Part shown: positions 12,701-24,047 of the stretch, piece after piece
Position numbering within the stretch: the first letter of the stretch is position 1
Layout of the letters: every line of letters begins with the position of its first letter
Assembly: GCA_051362555.1 (NCBI GenBank)
Contig: CM120640.1
Span: 35,297,967 to 35,361,966, forward strand
Length of the DNA stretch: 64,000 bases
Source: Lingula anatina
Lineage: Eukaryota; Animalia; Brachiopoda
Reading direction: 5' to 3'
Translations under genes and position numbers: made by a program
Notes under the pieces: generated by a model
Seen by the model: only the letters and a program-made list of their open reading frames with translations
What the model was told of the DNA's origin: nothing
The model's database searches: none

Positions 12701-15700
12701 GGCAGATTCTTTCCATACTCACCTATCTCCCAGTATCCTCTCTTGAGTCATCTCCTCCTGGAGTTCATTCCACACACTCTGAGACATCAAAATGCTGTCC
12801 TCGATATCCTTCTGCACATCCTCCCCCTCACCTCCATCCCGATCCTCCTCCTCCTCCTCCTCCTCAGTTTGAGGACCACCATGGAGAATGCTGTCTTGAT
12901 CCTCCAAATTGTAAACCTGGGACTCCACTTGGGATGATATCGGAGAGCTGTCATCTGCCATTTTAGCCAAAATCTTAGCTAGCTCTTGGTCTTGAGATCC
13001 ACCTAGATTATTTTTAAAAAAGTATTATCACAGTGATAACAAAATGAATTTTCTAATCTTTAAAATATGAGAGCTAATATGTCATCCTTCAACAGGTAAA
13101 ATGTCTAGCAAACGACAGACATAAAGTCACGCACACAGAAATACCGACATATAAATTATATAATAGACCCTGCATAATGTTATTTTAGAGCATCTATGAT
13201 TTGAATCCATCAGTAGATTTTTTTTTTGCATTTAAGTGTTGTGATTGGATGAAACTATATGGTCATGTAAGAATAACTGCTGTTTTCTAGATATATTCAT
13301 ACAACACAACAAAGACAACAAATCTTTAATCAAATTTACATTCATGTAAGAACCTATTTGAAATCCTACAGGTTTGCTCACATCATATAGTAATATTTGC
13401 TAAACTTTTTACAATCTATATACCTATATTGAAATTCACAATTAATATGTAGTCTTAGTTTCTGAATCACAAATCACTTTTAATTGAAACTGTGACATCT
13501 TAAAAAATAGGTTGGGAATATAGAAAGGTTACAAAATACAATGTAACTTAGAGCCATCTTTGAACAAAACAGCTAACCAAGTTAAAACACATAATTTTAC
13601 CTAAACACTGGGAGTCTATTTCATCCGGAGACCCCTGAAAGCTTTGACTAAAAGACACCACCCTCTGTATACAATCTTCATCCACTACAGGTTCATCTGC
13701 ATCTTCATCTCCAAGCAAAACTGTGTCAGCACTGGCACGGCTATTTTCTAAGGCAAAAAGTATTTTACATGAAAAGTAGTCTAAATGCATTTTGAAAATG
13801 TCCTTTTAAAAGTCCTATTTTCATGTCTAAATATCCTGCTTAGCTACCATGACCTTAAAACCTTGGTTACTACACTTTAGACCTATTAAAATGGGTACTA
13901 GGTGAAAACAAAGCAAAAAGGGGAAATACACATACACGTACTGTAACCCCTTTGTTTTTTACAAACATCTTTACAGAATTCAGACAAAAATTCCGATAAA
14001 AAATTTCTGAACTAAAGAAATTTTGATCAATAAGGACAAATAATACAGGAGTTTCTTAAAACAAGGCAGCAAAGCTGTCAAATGTACAGACAAAAAGAAA
14101 GAAAAAAACAAAATAGGGTACAGTCAATTCTGATGCAAAAGTACATTTTGTTAAACTGCAAATTCAACATCAAATTTTAATTATGCTCAACAGGTAATTC
14201 CAATGTAAGTAAAATAAGGCTTCAGCCCCATAGGAGTTCAAGTTCACACTCTGAAAATGTATAACGTCCAGAAAAAGAAGTCAATTAGACTGCTTTTCCA
14301 ACTCAGGCTGCATTTTAGTCCTGTATTTCTTTTTTGAAAGTTTGGCAATCATAAGTAACATGGTTTTCCCATAATGGTTTTCATGGCAGCAGCACCCAAA
14401 ATTTTTGGTTCTTCTATTCTGATGCAATATTACATAATGGTTAACAGCATAATGACAATCAATTTTTAATAATAAAATAAAGGTATCATGGATTTTCAGA
14501 AAATGTGACTAGCATGGGTCTTCAAGCCTGTGGAACTTCAAAGTCACACCTTGAAAATGCCAGTATGTGAAAAATTAAACTTTCACAAAAAAACTGTTTA
14601 ACTGGCAGAAAGAATTACCAAACAGATTGCATTGCCTACTGAAGCTGTATTTAAGTCCCATGTTTCTTTCTGTAAGTTTGAGAACAGTAAATAACATGGT
14701 TTTCCATGTCTTCATGCCCATGGAACTTCAAAGTGACACCTTGAATATGCCAAAATGTAAACTAGACAGCACTGTGCTGAAATGGGTTTATTTCCATTTT
14801 TAACACTTTTTTAATAAAAGATGAAATAAACAGTTTACTGCCATTTTTATATGATCAACTAAGAAAATTGATGAGATGGGACAAATATCAATAGAACTGT
14901 GTCAAATGTCCAATTTCCTCCATTCTGACATTCTGAACATAGTAAATAATTGAATCTGACTGATATGAGTTTATTTCCATTTTTGACACTTTATTACACA
15001 ATACACGATAACAAGTTTACCATCATTTCTACATAATCAACTAACAATGTTGTAAAGATGCAGGAAATGTCAAACAAACACTTTAATGTGTCTTATTAAT
15101 TAAATAATAACACTGTTAACATGCCTAAGAATTGAATTTGAGGAAATGTGAAAAAACGGCATGACTTCTAAAACAATGGCCCGATTATACTAATTTTCAA
15201 ACTCAACCTGCATTTTAGTAAGATTGACCACTCCTGTGAGTTAAATGACAATTGGTCTATCTGTTTTTCTTATATTGTGTTTACAGTGTTGCATATATGC
15301 TAAAAAGTGAAAAAACGGCATAACTACTAAAATAGTGTCCCAATCATGCCGATTTTCGAACTTGACCTGCGTTTTAGTAACATTGATTACTCCTGTGAGT
15401 TTCATGACAACAGGCCTATCAGTTTTCCTTAAAATGTGTTAACAGGGTTGCACATATGCTGAAAAGTGAAAAAACAGCATAACTTCTACAATAATGGCCC
15501 GATCATGCTGATTTTCGAACTTGACCTGCGTTTTATGAATATTCATCAGCTCTGTAAATATAAAGCCAAAAAGTAAAACTGCCCTCCACTTATCGTGTTA
15601 ACAAGGAAAGTGCACGGCACCGGCATCGGTGACGGCATTGGCGACGGCATCGGCGATGACGGCGACGACAGACGCAGGTGATGGCAATATGTACAGACAC

Positions 15701-16195
15701 ATCTGTGTCTGTACATAAAAACAAAAAAAATGTTGTACCTTCAGACAAATGGAAGTCCACCACACTGGCTGGTGAGCATGGGACACTACTCTCCACCACC
15801 TCCATGCTATTTTGAGAACCCTCAGAAGATTGAGATTGGGATTGCCTGAACAAGGAATTTCATAAATCATTAATAAATCTACCAGCATGTCTCAGTACTT
15901 GGATCCTTCTTATATTTTAGTTCAAAGAGATAAGATGCAGTTTAGATTCATCTCAAAATTACGCCGCTTGAAAATATTAAGATGACCAAAAATCTGGCCA
16001 TCACAACTTAATTAACTAAAGTTTGACCTTTTTAGAAATTTGATACTGATTTTGTAACTAAAGAAACTGGGATGTTCATAGAGATCTACTTACACAATTG
16101 CCTGGTGTCTTCTTATGATATCCAGAAGTCTCTCACGGAACATCTGATCACTCTCAGTGGGAGGGATGAAGCCTCTTTCTGTAAAAAAAAAATCA

Positions 16196-16232
<37 letters not shown>

Positions 16233-19200
16233 TATTTTGTGTTGGATGACTACACATAACTCGAGTCTTAGCTATTGATTGAGGGAACTGATTAAGCATT
16301 GCCAACTGGAAAAAAATTACACATTTGAAATTCTTCACTGAATTACGTACAACAAAATGTTTAAAATTTCAGACATTTGAACAGCATTAGCTGGAAGCTT
16401 TGTCCAATATTTTGGAGAGTGTTTGAAAGTTCTCACCTTGGGACTCAGGTGGTGAAATATTTGACGTATCTCCTTTTTCTTTTCTTCTCTGTTTTTCATC
16501 TTCCCAGAGAGCCACTAGCCCAGGGTTAGCACCAAGATTGGCTGAATATAAATAAATAAATAAATAAACTGATCAAAAATATAAACGCACTAAACTAAAA
16601 TGGTCAGTTGAAATGGATAATCATGAAATATGCCCAGGTTGATGGTTTATTTGTGAATTGATGGATTTGTTTTGATCAAGTATAGTGGTCTAGTTTCACT
16701 TGGTCTCTCCCCGTGAGTATACTCAAAGGTTCAGTTTTTCCACCCATAAGACTAATGGAGCATGACGGAGTGGAGGTCAATCTGTATGACCAATACACAC
16801 AAACACTCCTTACAGTCTAGGCAATAAAAGGGCACACCAAAATGTGCATTTCTGTCACTTGTCAACATGCCATTGATGTCTGAAATCATGAGGGAGCGTG
16901 CCATCCGCTTGTTCAATGCTGGCTTGTTGGTAACAGAAGTTGCAGCATGCCTGAATGTGCACCATTCCACTGTCAGCCGTCTCAGAAGACGCTTCAGAGA
17001 CACTGGTAGCACTAGGAACCGCCCACATTCCCGCCAACCACGTGTTACCACACCCAATATGTCGCCCATTGATCACCTGTGGGATGTTCTGGATCAGCGT
17101 TTTCGCCATCATGTTCCTGCTCCCGAGAATGTTCACCAACTACAAGTTGCACTCCAGGAGGAATGGGATAATATCCTTCAGTCCACTATTGACAACTTAG
17201 TGATGCCCATGTGCTGACAGTGTACTGCTCTGTGCGAAGCTAACGGTGGCCATACTCATTAATAGTGTCTGTGAACTATGATGTTGACCCCATTGTGTAG
17301 CTGATGCCCTAACTCTTGGGCTATGCATTTAAACTTCCTGCAATGCTCTCAAAGTGATGTCTATTTGTTGAGAAAAATTTGCTGTAACTTATGTTGGCCA
17401 TATACTTTAGTTACATACATGAAAATAAATCAACATATTCTTTTGTGCGTTTATATTTTTGTTCAGTGTAGTTTGGTGCATTTATATTTTCAGTGTAAAT
17501 AAATAATATTCCTCACATCTCAAAATGAACACAAGAAGTCAACACCCCTTTAACTTAGGTAATCTCACATAAACAATATAACAACAGTAAAATATTATAA
17601 ATTACTGTTTGGCTGTAGATGCATAAAATATCACTCCTTATCCACAAAGTAAGAAATTTATTTCTTCATATCTTATATACAATGAAAAAAACCTACCATC
17701 AACCTCCATCCTGTTCATAATGTCTGCTGCTACTGCATCGACCTCCAGCTCGCACGTACTTTGTCTCTCCACCTCAGCACCAAGAAGCATGTCCCTGCAA
17801 ATACAGACACAAAAATAATAAATAAATAAATAAATAAATTTACTTAGAAAAAATTGCCTCTGAAATTGAAGTATCACACACAAAACTCATATCCAAATGA
17901 CCAGAACTGAAGCAATGATTAGTCTATAAATCTAACATCCAAAAAGGAGATTAGAATTTCAACATAGTTTACCATTTTAGGTACAAACATAGTCATGCAA
18001 CAAAATGAATTTTACAGTTAGACCTGGCAGAATTGTTAATCAAACAACCTATGATGGTTACAACAAATTCAGGGAGAAGTTGAAGTAGTGGAGGATAGTG
18101 GAGGATAGAAAGAGGCCTGGCAGACCAAAGTTAGCTTGGAAGGACGTGGTGAGAAGAGACAGGGAAGCGCTTGGTCTAGTCGGTGAGGACCCTCAGGATA
18201 GATCAAGTTGGAGAGGAAGACTGCGTGTCAGACTGGCCCCACCCTCTGTTGAGGATTTATCCTGGCCAGTATAATATAAATTCGGATGATGATGATGATG
18301 ATGATGATGTTCAAGTAAAGAAGTTGGGAGATCACATACCCTATCAGATATAATATTTATAGAATTGACTTACTCCGCTATGTTTTCTGCATCCCATATA
18401 TTCTGACTTGAATGAAGGCTGCTTTTATTGCTATCATTCAGTAGAGCTGCTGTAGGTGAAAGGTCATCAGACCTCTTCACTTCAGGACCCCTGGGCCCAT
18501 CTGCAAAAACATCATAATTTTCAAAAAAAAAAAAAAAAAATTCAATCAATCAATGACAGTACATAAGCTCTATAATATTTTAAAAATTTAACCTTAAGGA
18601 AATTATGCATAAAATTTTAGATTACCATATCATTAGGCTATTTTCTAAATTTAATTTAAATAAAAAATATAATGAATTACCAGCTTGTTGTTGACTTCTT
18701 CTGAACTTCACGGCTGACAAATGGATCAAGTTCATGCCATACAAGTTGTAATCAATGAAGAACTGAAATGATAAAATTCAAATAAAAAGGTCAATACAAT
18801 ATTTGTAGAAGAATATATTACCCTTTTTTAAAATAATCAATAGCTGAATACTTTAATCCCTTTTTGTTATTATAATTGCACCACATTGAATTCAAATAAA
18901 CCAGGTCAATGGGCTAATAAAGCTAGTCAATTATTAATGTGCGTGTGTGTGAGCACAAGTGTACTTGCATGACAGTTATTTTCCGTTTTGTTTGATGCAT
19001 TTAAAACAAAATTGTCAGGACACACTGTTTATATTCAGTGGTAATATATAATACTGTGATAAAAAGGCCTCAAAATTTTTTTCATCCTAAAGGTAGATAA
19101 AAAGAGTATCCTTTCAATCAAAAACAAACAGTGAATTGATTAAACAGCAGTTTTTCTTAACAGGTTTGATTTTGGGTTTGTGGATATATAAGAAGAACAG

Positions 19201-19531
19201 AAATTCACAAAAAAATCTGTAAGGGATAAGCATAACATTGCACCAGTTTTCATATCAACAATTTTTAAAAATGAAAAATACTTGACATATGAAAATGCAT
19301 GATATTTGGCTGAAAAACTGGGTTAAAAGGTAAATCATCATTATGTAGCTTTTAACCAAATATCGATGAAAGGGAATTGCATAGGTAATGACTTTATTAT
19401 ATAGTATATTATTCTTCGCAGAAAATATGCTACAATATTGCAGCATGAATAAATTAGAGGCAAACTAAACATACCATCACAATGTGTTGCATAGCAAACA
19501 GCACTGCGCAAAAATATGTTTAGTATTGTGA

Positions 19532-19626
<95 letters not shown>

Positions 19627-22600
19627 CAATACATAGATTTGAAGATATGATTATGTAAAATAAAAAACATATTTCAGCGACCAAGACCTGATCATATAAT
19701 TCTTAAAATTTCATATGAAATATCCGAAAGGGAAACATTTCCTGGAGACAAAAGTGACAAAGAGTTTTGCTGTTATTGTCACTAATAAAACCTGTAAATA
19801 AATATGTAAATACCTGCAGGTTAAATGGAATGTGTGTCTCATGAGGCTGGAAGGGTTTATTCAATATGGCTCCCCCTTGGAGCAAATCTGCTACCCTGGA
19901 AAATTGGGAAATTGCACAGTTATAACAATATTCATGGGAACTATCAGTTAATAGGCATTCTAGGACCAGTAAAAAATTGAATGTAAAACTGAATGATATC
20001 TAAGGAACACTTAATTAAGGTGGTTGAAAAATCAGACAAAACGCTATCTTATAAATTTGATCAACACCATCATAATAAAATGCAAAATCAACAAAACTTG
20101 TACAATATTACTAACAAAATAGAGCGTAATGATGTTCAAGCTTATATGATATATAATTTACAAATGGCATTTCAATAATTTACTTTGTGGAACAGTTGAG
20201 ATATCAATCAACTGAATGAGACAAATGTTATATCATGTTACGTATAATATATATAGAGAGAGAGTCATCATCATGCAACTGCTACCTGAAAGCAACTTTT
20301 ATATAAAAGGAAAAGCAAGATTGAACAAATGTATTGTGATCTGTGAAATACAGTTTTATCAGGAAGAACTCAAATAAAACGAAATTTAAGGGCAAGTAAA
20401 TTACAAATTTAACCTTGCCTCTGTATCTATTTTTAACTCAAAATCTAAGTGATTTCAAAAATATACCACCAACTTATTTTTTCCATCAACCAGCATTCGA
20501 CATGCAATCATCATCAAAGCTTATGCTTTAAGAGCCTTACAGACATTTTTTCCAAATAAAAAACTGTTTCAAAAAATCAATTATGTGGAAGCTCTTCTAT
20601 TAGGTTAAAAAATCTACATTAAAAAAAAAATTAATCTTAACCTGAACACAGCTCATTCAAACATCTGAAAATAGTGCTAACTAAACATAATCACAACTTT
20701 AGGAGGTGGCTGAAGATAAATTTCCTTTTTAATGTATAAAGCTGAAAATGATAATTTACGAAAAAAAATTACTCCAAAAAGACCTTGGCCTTAAGAAGAT
20801 TAACATTTTGTTACATGTAGAATTGTTTTCTGAATGTCATTCAACTTACTTCTTTACCATATTAGGACTGTAAAGGTATATCTTCAGAAATAACTCCTCT
20901 TTGGGATGAAAACCATAGAATGGTCTGAAATCAGATATATTCAATCACTTGCAACTGCAACATTCCCAAGTGGCTTAAGGCATTGTTTATGCAGAAAATA
21001 TAGAACATTAAAACTAATAAAAATTGCATTCACTGATGTGATATGTTTGAAATAATTTTCTCCATATATGACAAGTCAGAACAAGTATATTTGATAGCTT
21101 GAGCATGTAACTATATCCAGTGTGCTTACAAAAAAATACCCCCCAGCAACTACCACGGCATTTCTTAATAATGGCTTTTTAGGGAGAAAAAATACAAAAC
21201 ACACACACAGAATAATACATACATGGCAGAAACCAATGACACTTTATATACATGGTGCTTGGCTGAACTAGCATTTCCTAAGGCCACATTTACCGCCCGA
21301 TCTATACTCGATGCCACCTGCTTCAGGTAGCGGTCCACAGGTTGGGAGCCATCATAACGCACATACAAGTAGGGAAACAGACCATGAACGTGCATACAGC
21401 ATTTCTGTCCTGAAAAACAAAACTGGCATATTAAATGAAATTTATCACTTTAAGTTCAAGTGTGGTGAACTTGGGATCAAGTATATGTGTTGGGTTTTTT
21501 TTCTCACTAGGCATTTTTGGTGGTCTCTTATGCAGACCCTGATAGAAATGTAATGTGTGTGGAAAGCAAAAGTTGGTGGGAAGAATTACAATTGCCAGTA
21601 GTCATGACACCCGCTTATTTAGACCCCTTTCCTTATCAGATATACCAAACCACATATAAAGGGGTCTATTTTTACTTATTATCCCAGCACTTTGGGGCCA
21701 AAAGTCAGGGATAATGTTATCCCATCAGTCCATGAGTCCCTATATCTGTGCATTTATAATTTCTGCTATCTCCTCCTCTATGTGCATAGGCACTCAAGAA
21801 TTTTTTGTGCAACTGTGGGTTGGGCTGTTCCTGTAAGGTGGTTGATTCTCAATTCTTTTTACATTGTAATTTCTGGCAGGCCCGTAGCCAGCAATTTCAA
21901 AATGGGGGTTCTTTTTCTGAAAATGTGGACCATTTACAATGAAACCTTTGTGTACCTATATCAAATTTTACCTATAATGAACCTTTTCCTGACAAAAAGG
22001 GTGGTTCTTTTGAACCCCCCCCCCCCCAAATCCCCCTGGCTATGTCTGGTAACTCCTCCTAGACCATTATTATCAGGAAGTTCAGTCATTTGGTATTGGC
22101 AGACCTAACAGTACAGATGGAATATGGGCCCCTTGGGGTTGGACTGTCTTAGGGGGTGGATGATTCTGTTTATATCACACACAGGAATTTCTGCTTTTTC
22201 CTCATAGACCATTAGAGTGAGGAAGAGAAATGATAGACCTATTATGCATATATAGGCAGTTTGGGATTTTAGTGTGCCTTTGGGCAGGGCTCTTGCTGGG
22301 GTTGGACACTGTTATTTTAGCTATCTCCTTTTAGAGTGAGGAAGTTAAAATATTTTGGGATTGATTGACCTTTTATGAGGATGGGCCAGTCATTATTCAT
22401 ATGGGCATGAGGGGTTGGGCTGTCCCTCGGGGATAGGAGCAGGACGGATGATCCTCTTTCACATTTGGCATTTTCACCAATTCTTTTATATGATGTTATT
22501 ATGAAGATTATTTGCAACAAAATATACATAGACTAGGTTCCCAAGGATTAAGATCAATCCATCTGGATCGACTTAACTCCCTGGGGGTTGATGCTAAATT

Positions 22601-24047
22601 GCTGTCAGCTTCCGGGAGCCGAGCATGCACATAAGTTAATTACCCCCTTACAGCTTTTAGTAGGCGGGACAGACATTTAAGCCGGTCACACTGAAAGCAA
22701 TCTGGTGAGACTCTCCAGGGGGATAGATCGATTAAATGTCTGTGGGAATGGTCTCATATACGACCCAGGCATTGTACTAGATATCAAGGGAATTCCCAGG
22801 AGTGTAAGCTGCTCTGTACAATGTGGGGAAGTGTGGAGATATGCAATGGCTACCCATCCACACCATCTAGTTTCTCTTGCTGTAGTTAGCATCCATTTTT
22901 GAAAATTAGATGCCATATTTTTTATACATGTACATCTGGCACTTCTGGTAATATTATGCGAAAACAGGATCATATTATTAAGATTATAATATGTATCACA
23001 ATGATAAAACTTCATGCATGAATTCAAACAAAAGAGGTTTTGTATGTCCCAATATTATGTACTTGATCATAAACACTGCCTATGACAATGCTTATAATAT
23101 TTCAGGTTAACATAGGTCAGATCTCATTGTCAACTTTTATTTCATTTTTCATAAAATAGCATTATATTCACATGCTCTTTGTCTGGGTAACATGGATACT
23201 AATATGTCTCTACAGGTAAATTTTCCCAGGCCATTACAAACAGGATTGATTTGCTAATAAATGTCACATCTTTCTGCAATGAACCTGGGTATTTGCTGTC
23301 AATATTTGTTTTGAGGGAAATGGGTCCCCATAACTTGTGCCACCTAATTAAAGATTTCTAACTATAGAAAGCCTATCTAATCTGCAACTTGTCCCACTAT
23401 TACCTATTACACTATTACACTATTACCGTACATCTTACATTTGTTGTGCTGTTTTCAGAAAATGTAACTTTTGATAGATTTTTGTGCATTTGAAAAATGC
23501 ATGTCCATTATACAAATATATGTACCATGGGATGTCCCTTCTATACTTTTGTAGATCAAAAACGTTATACATGATCATAATAGAAGTCCTTAGTCCAACT
23601 TCCAAAGCCGGTGGTTTTTTATGATCATTGCTGCCACTGATTACTTATCTTATTTTTTGTCAGATTATTTTTAAATTGTGTTGAAAATATTTCAAAGATA
23701 ATATTCTCTGTGTCAAACCTTTTAACCATACCCTAAAAGCAAATGGGGCAATTCTCAACCATGCAAGTTTAAAAATCTGTTGACATTGCCTTCATTAGGC
23801 TGTTTTAATTCTCAAACACTCAGGGTAAGATTTATAGAGGAAGGGAATGATATGGATAACCTTGAATTAAATAGGCCAAGTTAAATATAGAAAAACTGTC
23901 AAACTTACCAGCAGGTGTGGATCCATATATCCTTATCACGGGCACAAATTTGGTCTCGGTCCCACTGAAGTCGGAGTGGCAGACATCTAAACCAGGAATG
24001 GGAACAGCTTGATAGGCGTCAGTAGTTACAATTCTCAGAGAGAACAT
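145..24047 (-). CDS. REV3L: DNA polymerase zeta catalytic subunit (multi-exon; 3' part continues beyond the left edge of the window)
   Basis: Hand-spliced GT-AG exons, all phase-consistent (5'->3'): 24047-23909, 21409-21223, 20924-20850, 19895-19814, 18762-18681, 18500-18374, 17794-17697, 16541-16437, 16178-16094, 15845-15739, 13747-13601, 13002-12723, 11792-11695, 11226-5331, 5080-5041, 4831-3956, 3610-3488, 3246-2897, 2642-2527, 2219-2101, 1698-1580, 1308-1167, 889-639, 202-145. The next acceptor AG is at positions 2-1. Total 9702 nt = 3234 codons. REV3-type sequences include MFSLRIVTTDAY...[103 protein letters not shown] and PolB motif A [21 protein letters not shown]. An in-frame ATG at 24071 would add 8 aa. 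Confidence 0.97.
639..889 (-). CDS. REV3L: REV3L exon with B-family polymerase motif A
   Basis: YRVESMMLRLAKP...[27 protein letters not shown]; acceptor at 891-890, donor at 638-637. Confidence 0.96.
2897..3246 (-). CDS. REV3L: REV3L exon, start of the exonuclease-like domain
   Basis: [28 protein letters not shown]...YVKDERELF; canonical splice sites. Confidence 0.93.
3666..3728. repeat. (TA)n(GATA)n microsatellite
   Basis: Directly visible. Confidence 0.95.
3956..4831 (-). CDS. REV3L: REV3L internal exon (292 codons) with second REV7-binding-type motif
   Basis: Phase 0/0 exon within ORF 3836-4831; encodes VMTPCRPPPNVRSVRRWL. Confidence 0.92.
5331..11226 (-). CDS. REV3L: REV3L giant internal exon (5896 nt, about 1965 aa, Ser/Lys/Glu-rich, likely disordered)
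   Basis: Corresponds to the 1974-aa ORF. Acceptor tttcag at 11232-11227, donor gtaagt at 5330-5325; phases match the flanking exons. Ends with LTPVKLPPSRDEV (REV7-binding-type motif) and contains the AT-hook-like PRGRPR. Confidence 0.95.
12102..12338. repeat. Two adjacent long hairpins (branched palindromic element)
   Basis: Arms 12102-12124/12184-12206 enclose small hairpins. The second hairpin 12220-12338 has perfect 16-bp arms gtatgcgacatacaag/cttgtatgtcgcatac. Confidence 0.85.
14060..15720 (-). mobile_element. Non-autonomous Helentron-associated (HINE/DINE-1-like) element with internal tandem repeats
   Basis: On the minus strand: T-run, subterminal palindrome tgtacagacac-agat-gtgtctgtaca (about 15690-15715), a (GCCGTC/GTC)-like microsatellite (15614-15675), internal tandem arrays, a second tgtacagaca copy (about 14083-14092), a short stem-loop cagc-aaa-gctg and a CTTGTT end. 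Confidence 0.7.
15148..15600. repeat. 159-bp tandem repeat (about 2.8 copies) inside the HINE
   Basis: The unit start gtgaaaaaac(g/a)gcat recurs at 15148, 15307 and 15466. Confidence 0.9.
16567..17468 (+). mobile_element. Internally deleted Tc1/mariner DNA transposon in a REV3L intron
   Basis: About 24-bp TIRs (aactgatcaaaaatataaacgcac ... gtgcgtttatatttttgttcagtg) flanked by TA. ORF 16867-17217 joins the N-terminal HTH (…STVSRLRRRFRDTGS...PRVTTP) to the C-terminus (NMSPIDHLWD...LQEEWDNI). Confidence 0.92.
16867..17217 (+). pseudogene. Truncated Tc1-like transposase (HTH plus C-terminal fragment; most of the DDE domain deleted)
   Basis: 116-aa ORF. Homology continues past the TGA (QCTALCEANGGHTH), so the stop is premature. 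Confidence 0.85.
18088..18308 (+). mobile_element. 3' fragment of an RTE-like non-LTR retrotransposon with (GAT)n tail
   Basis: Translates as IVEDRKRPGRPKLAWKDVVRRDREALGLVGEDPQDRSSWRGRLR, the GRP..W.D...D...QDR..WR pattern of RTE C-termini, followed by a short 3' UTR and (GAT)n. Confidence 0.8.
19532..19626. repeat. (TG)n(TA)n microsatellite
   Basis: Directly visible. Confidence 0.95.
21877..22048. mobile_element. Degenerate hAT-like MITE
   Basis: Termini caggcccgtagccag ... ctggctatgtctg with internal G- and C-runs; no TSD recognisable. Confidence 0.55.
22530..22754. mobile_element. MITE family X, copy 1
   Basis: Homologous to 29400-29645 and 43297-43510 (agact.ggttc start, gctaaattg, gtagg...acagacat.taa, gatagatcgat). 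Confidence 0.72.

Noticed and set aside
15148-15600. Regularly spaced repeats as a CRISPR array
   Set aside because: Contiguous 159-bp units without unique spacers, eukaryotic context, and no cas genes.
15590-15888. Arg/Cys-rich (protamine-like) or Ala-rich ORFs
   Set aside because: Read-through from a REV3L exon into the GC-rich microsatellite of the HINE element.
17215-17262. In-frame TGA in the Tc1 ORF as selenocysteine or read-through
   Set aside because: More simply a nonsense mutation (probably CGA->TGA) in a dead transposon; no SECIS recognised.
19341-19670. ORFs with YIYI/HTHT or poly-Leu runs (also 16090-16338 and 42409-42636)
   Set aside because: Translations of microsatellites.
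21670-22200. Possible second HINE remnant around the hAT-like MITE
   Set aside because: The 5' palindrome (attatccc...gggataat) is suggestive, but the other end is too decayed to delimit.
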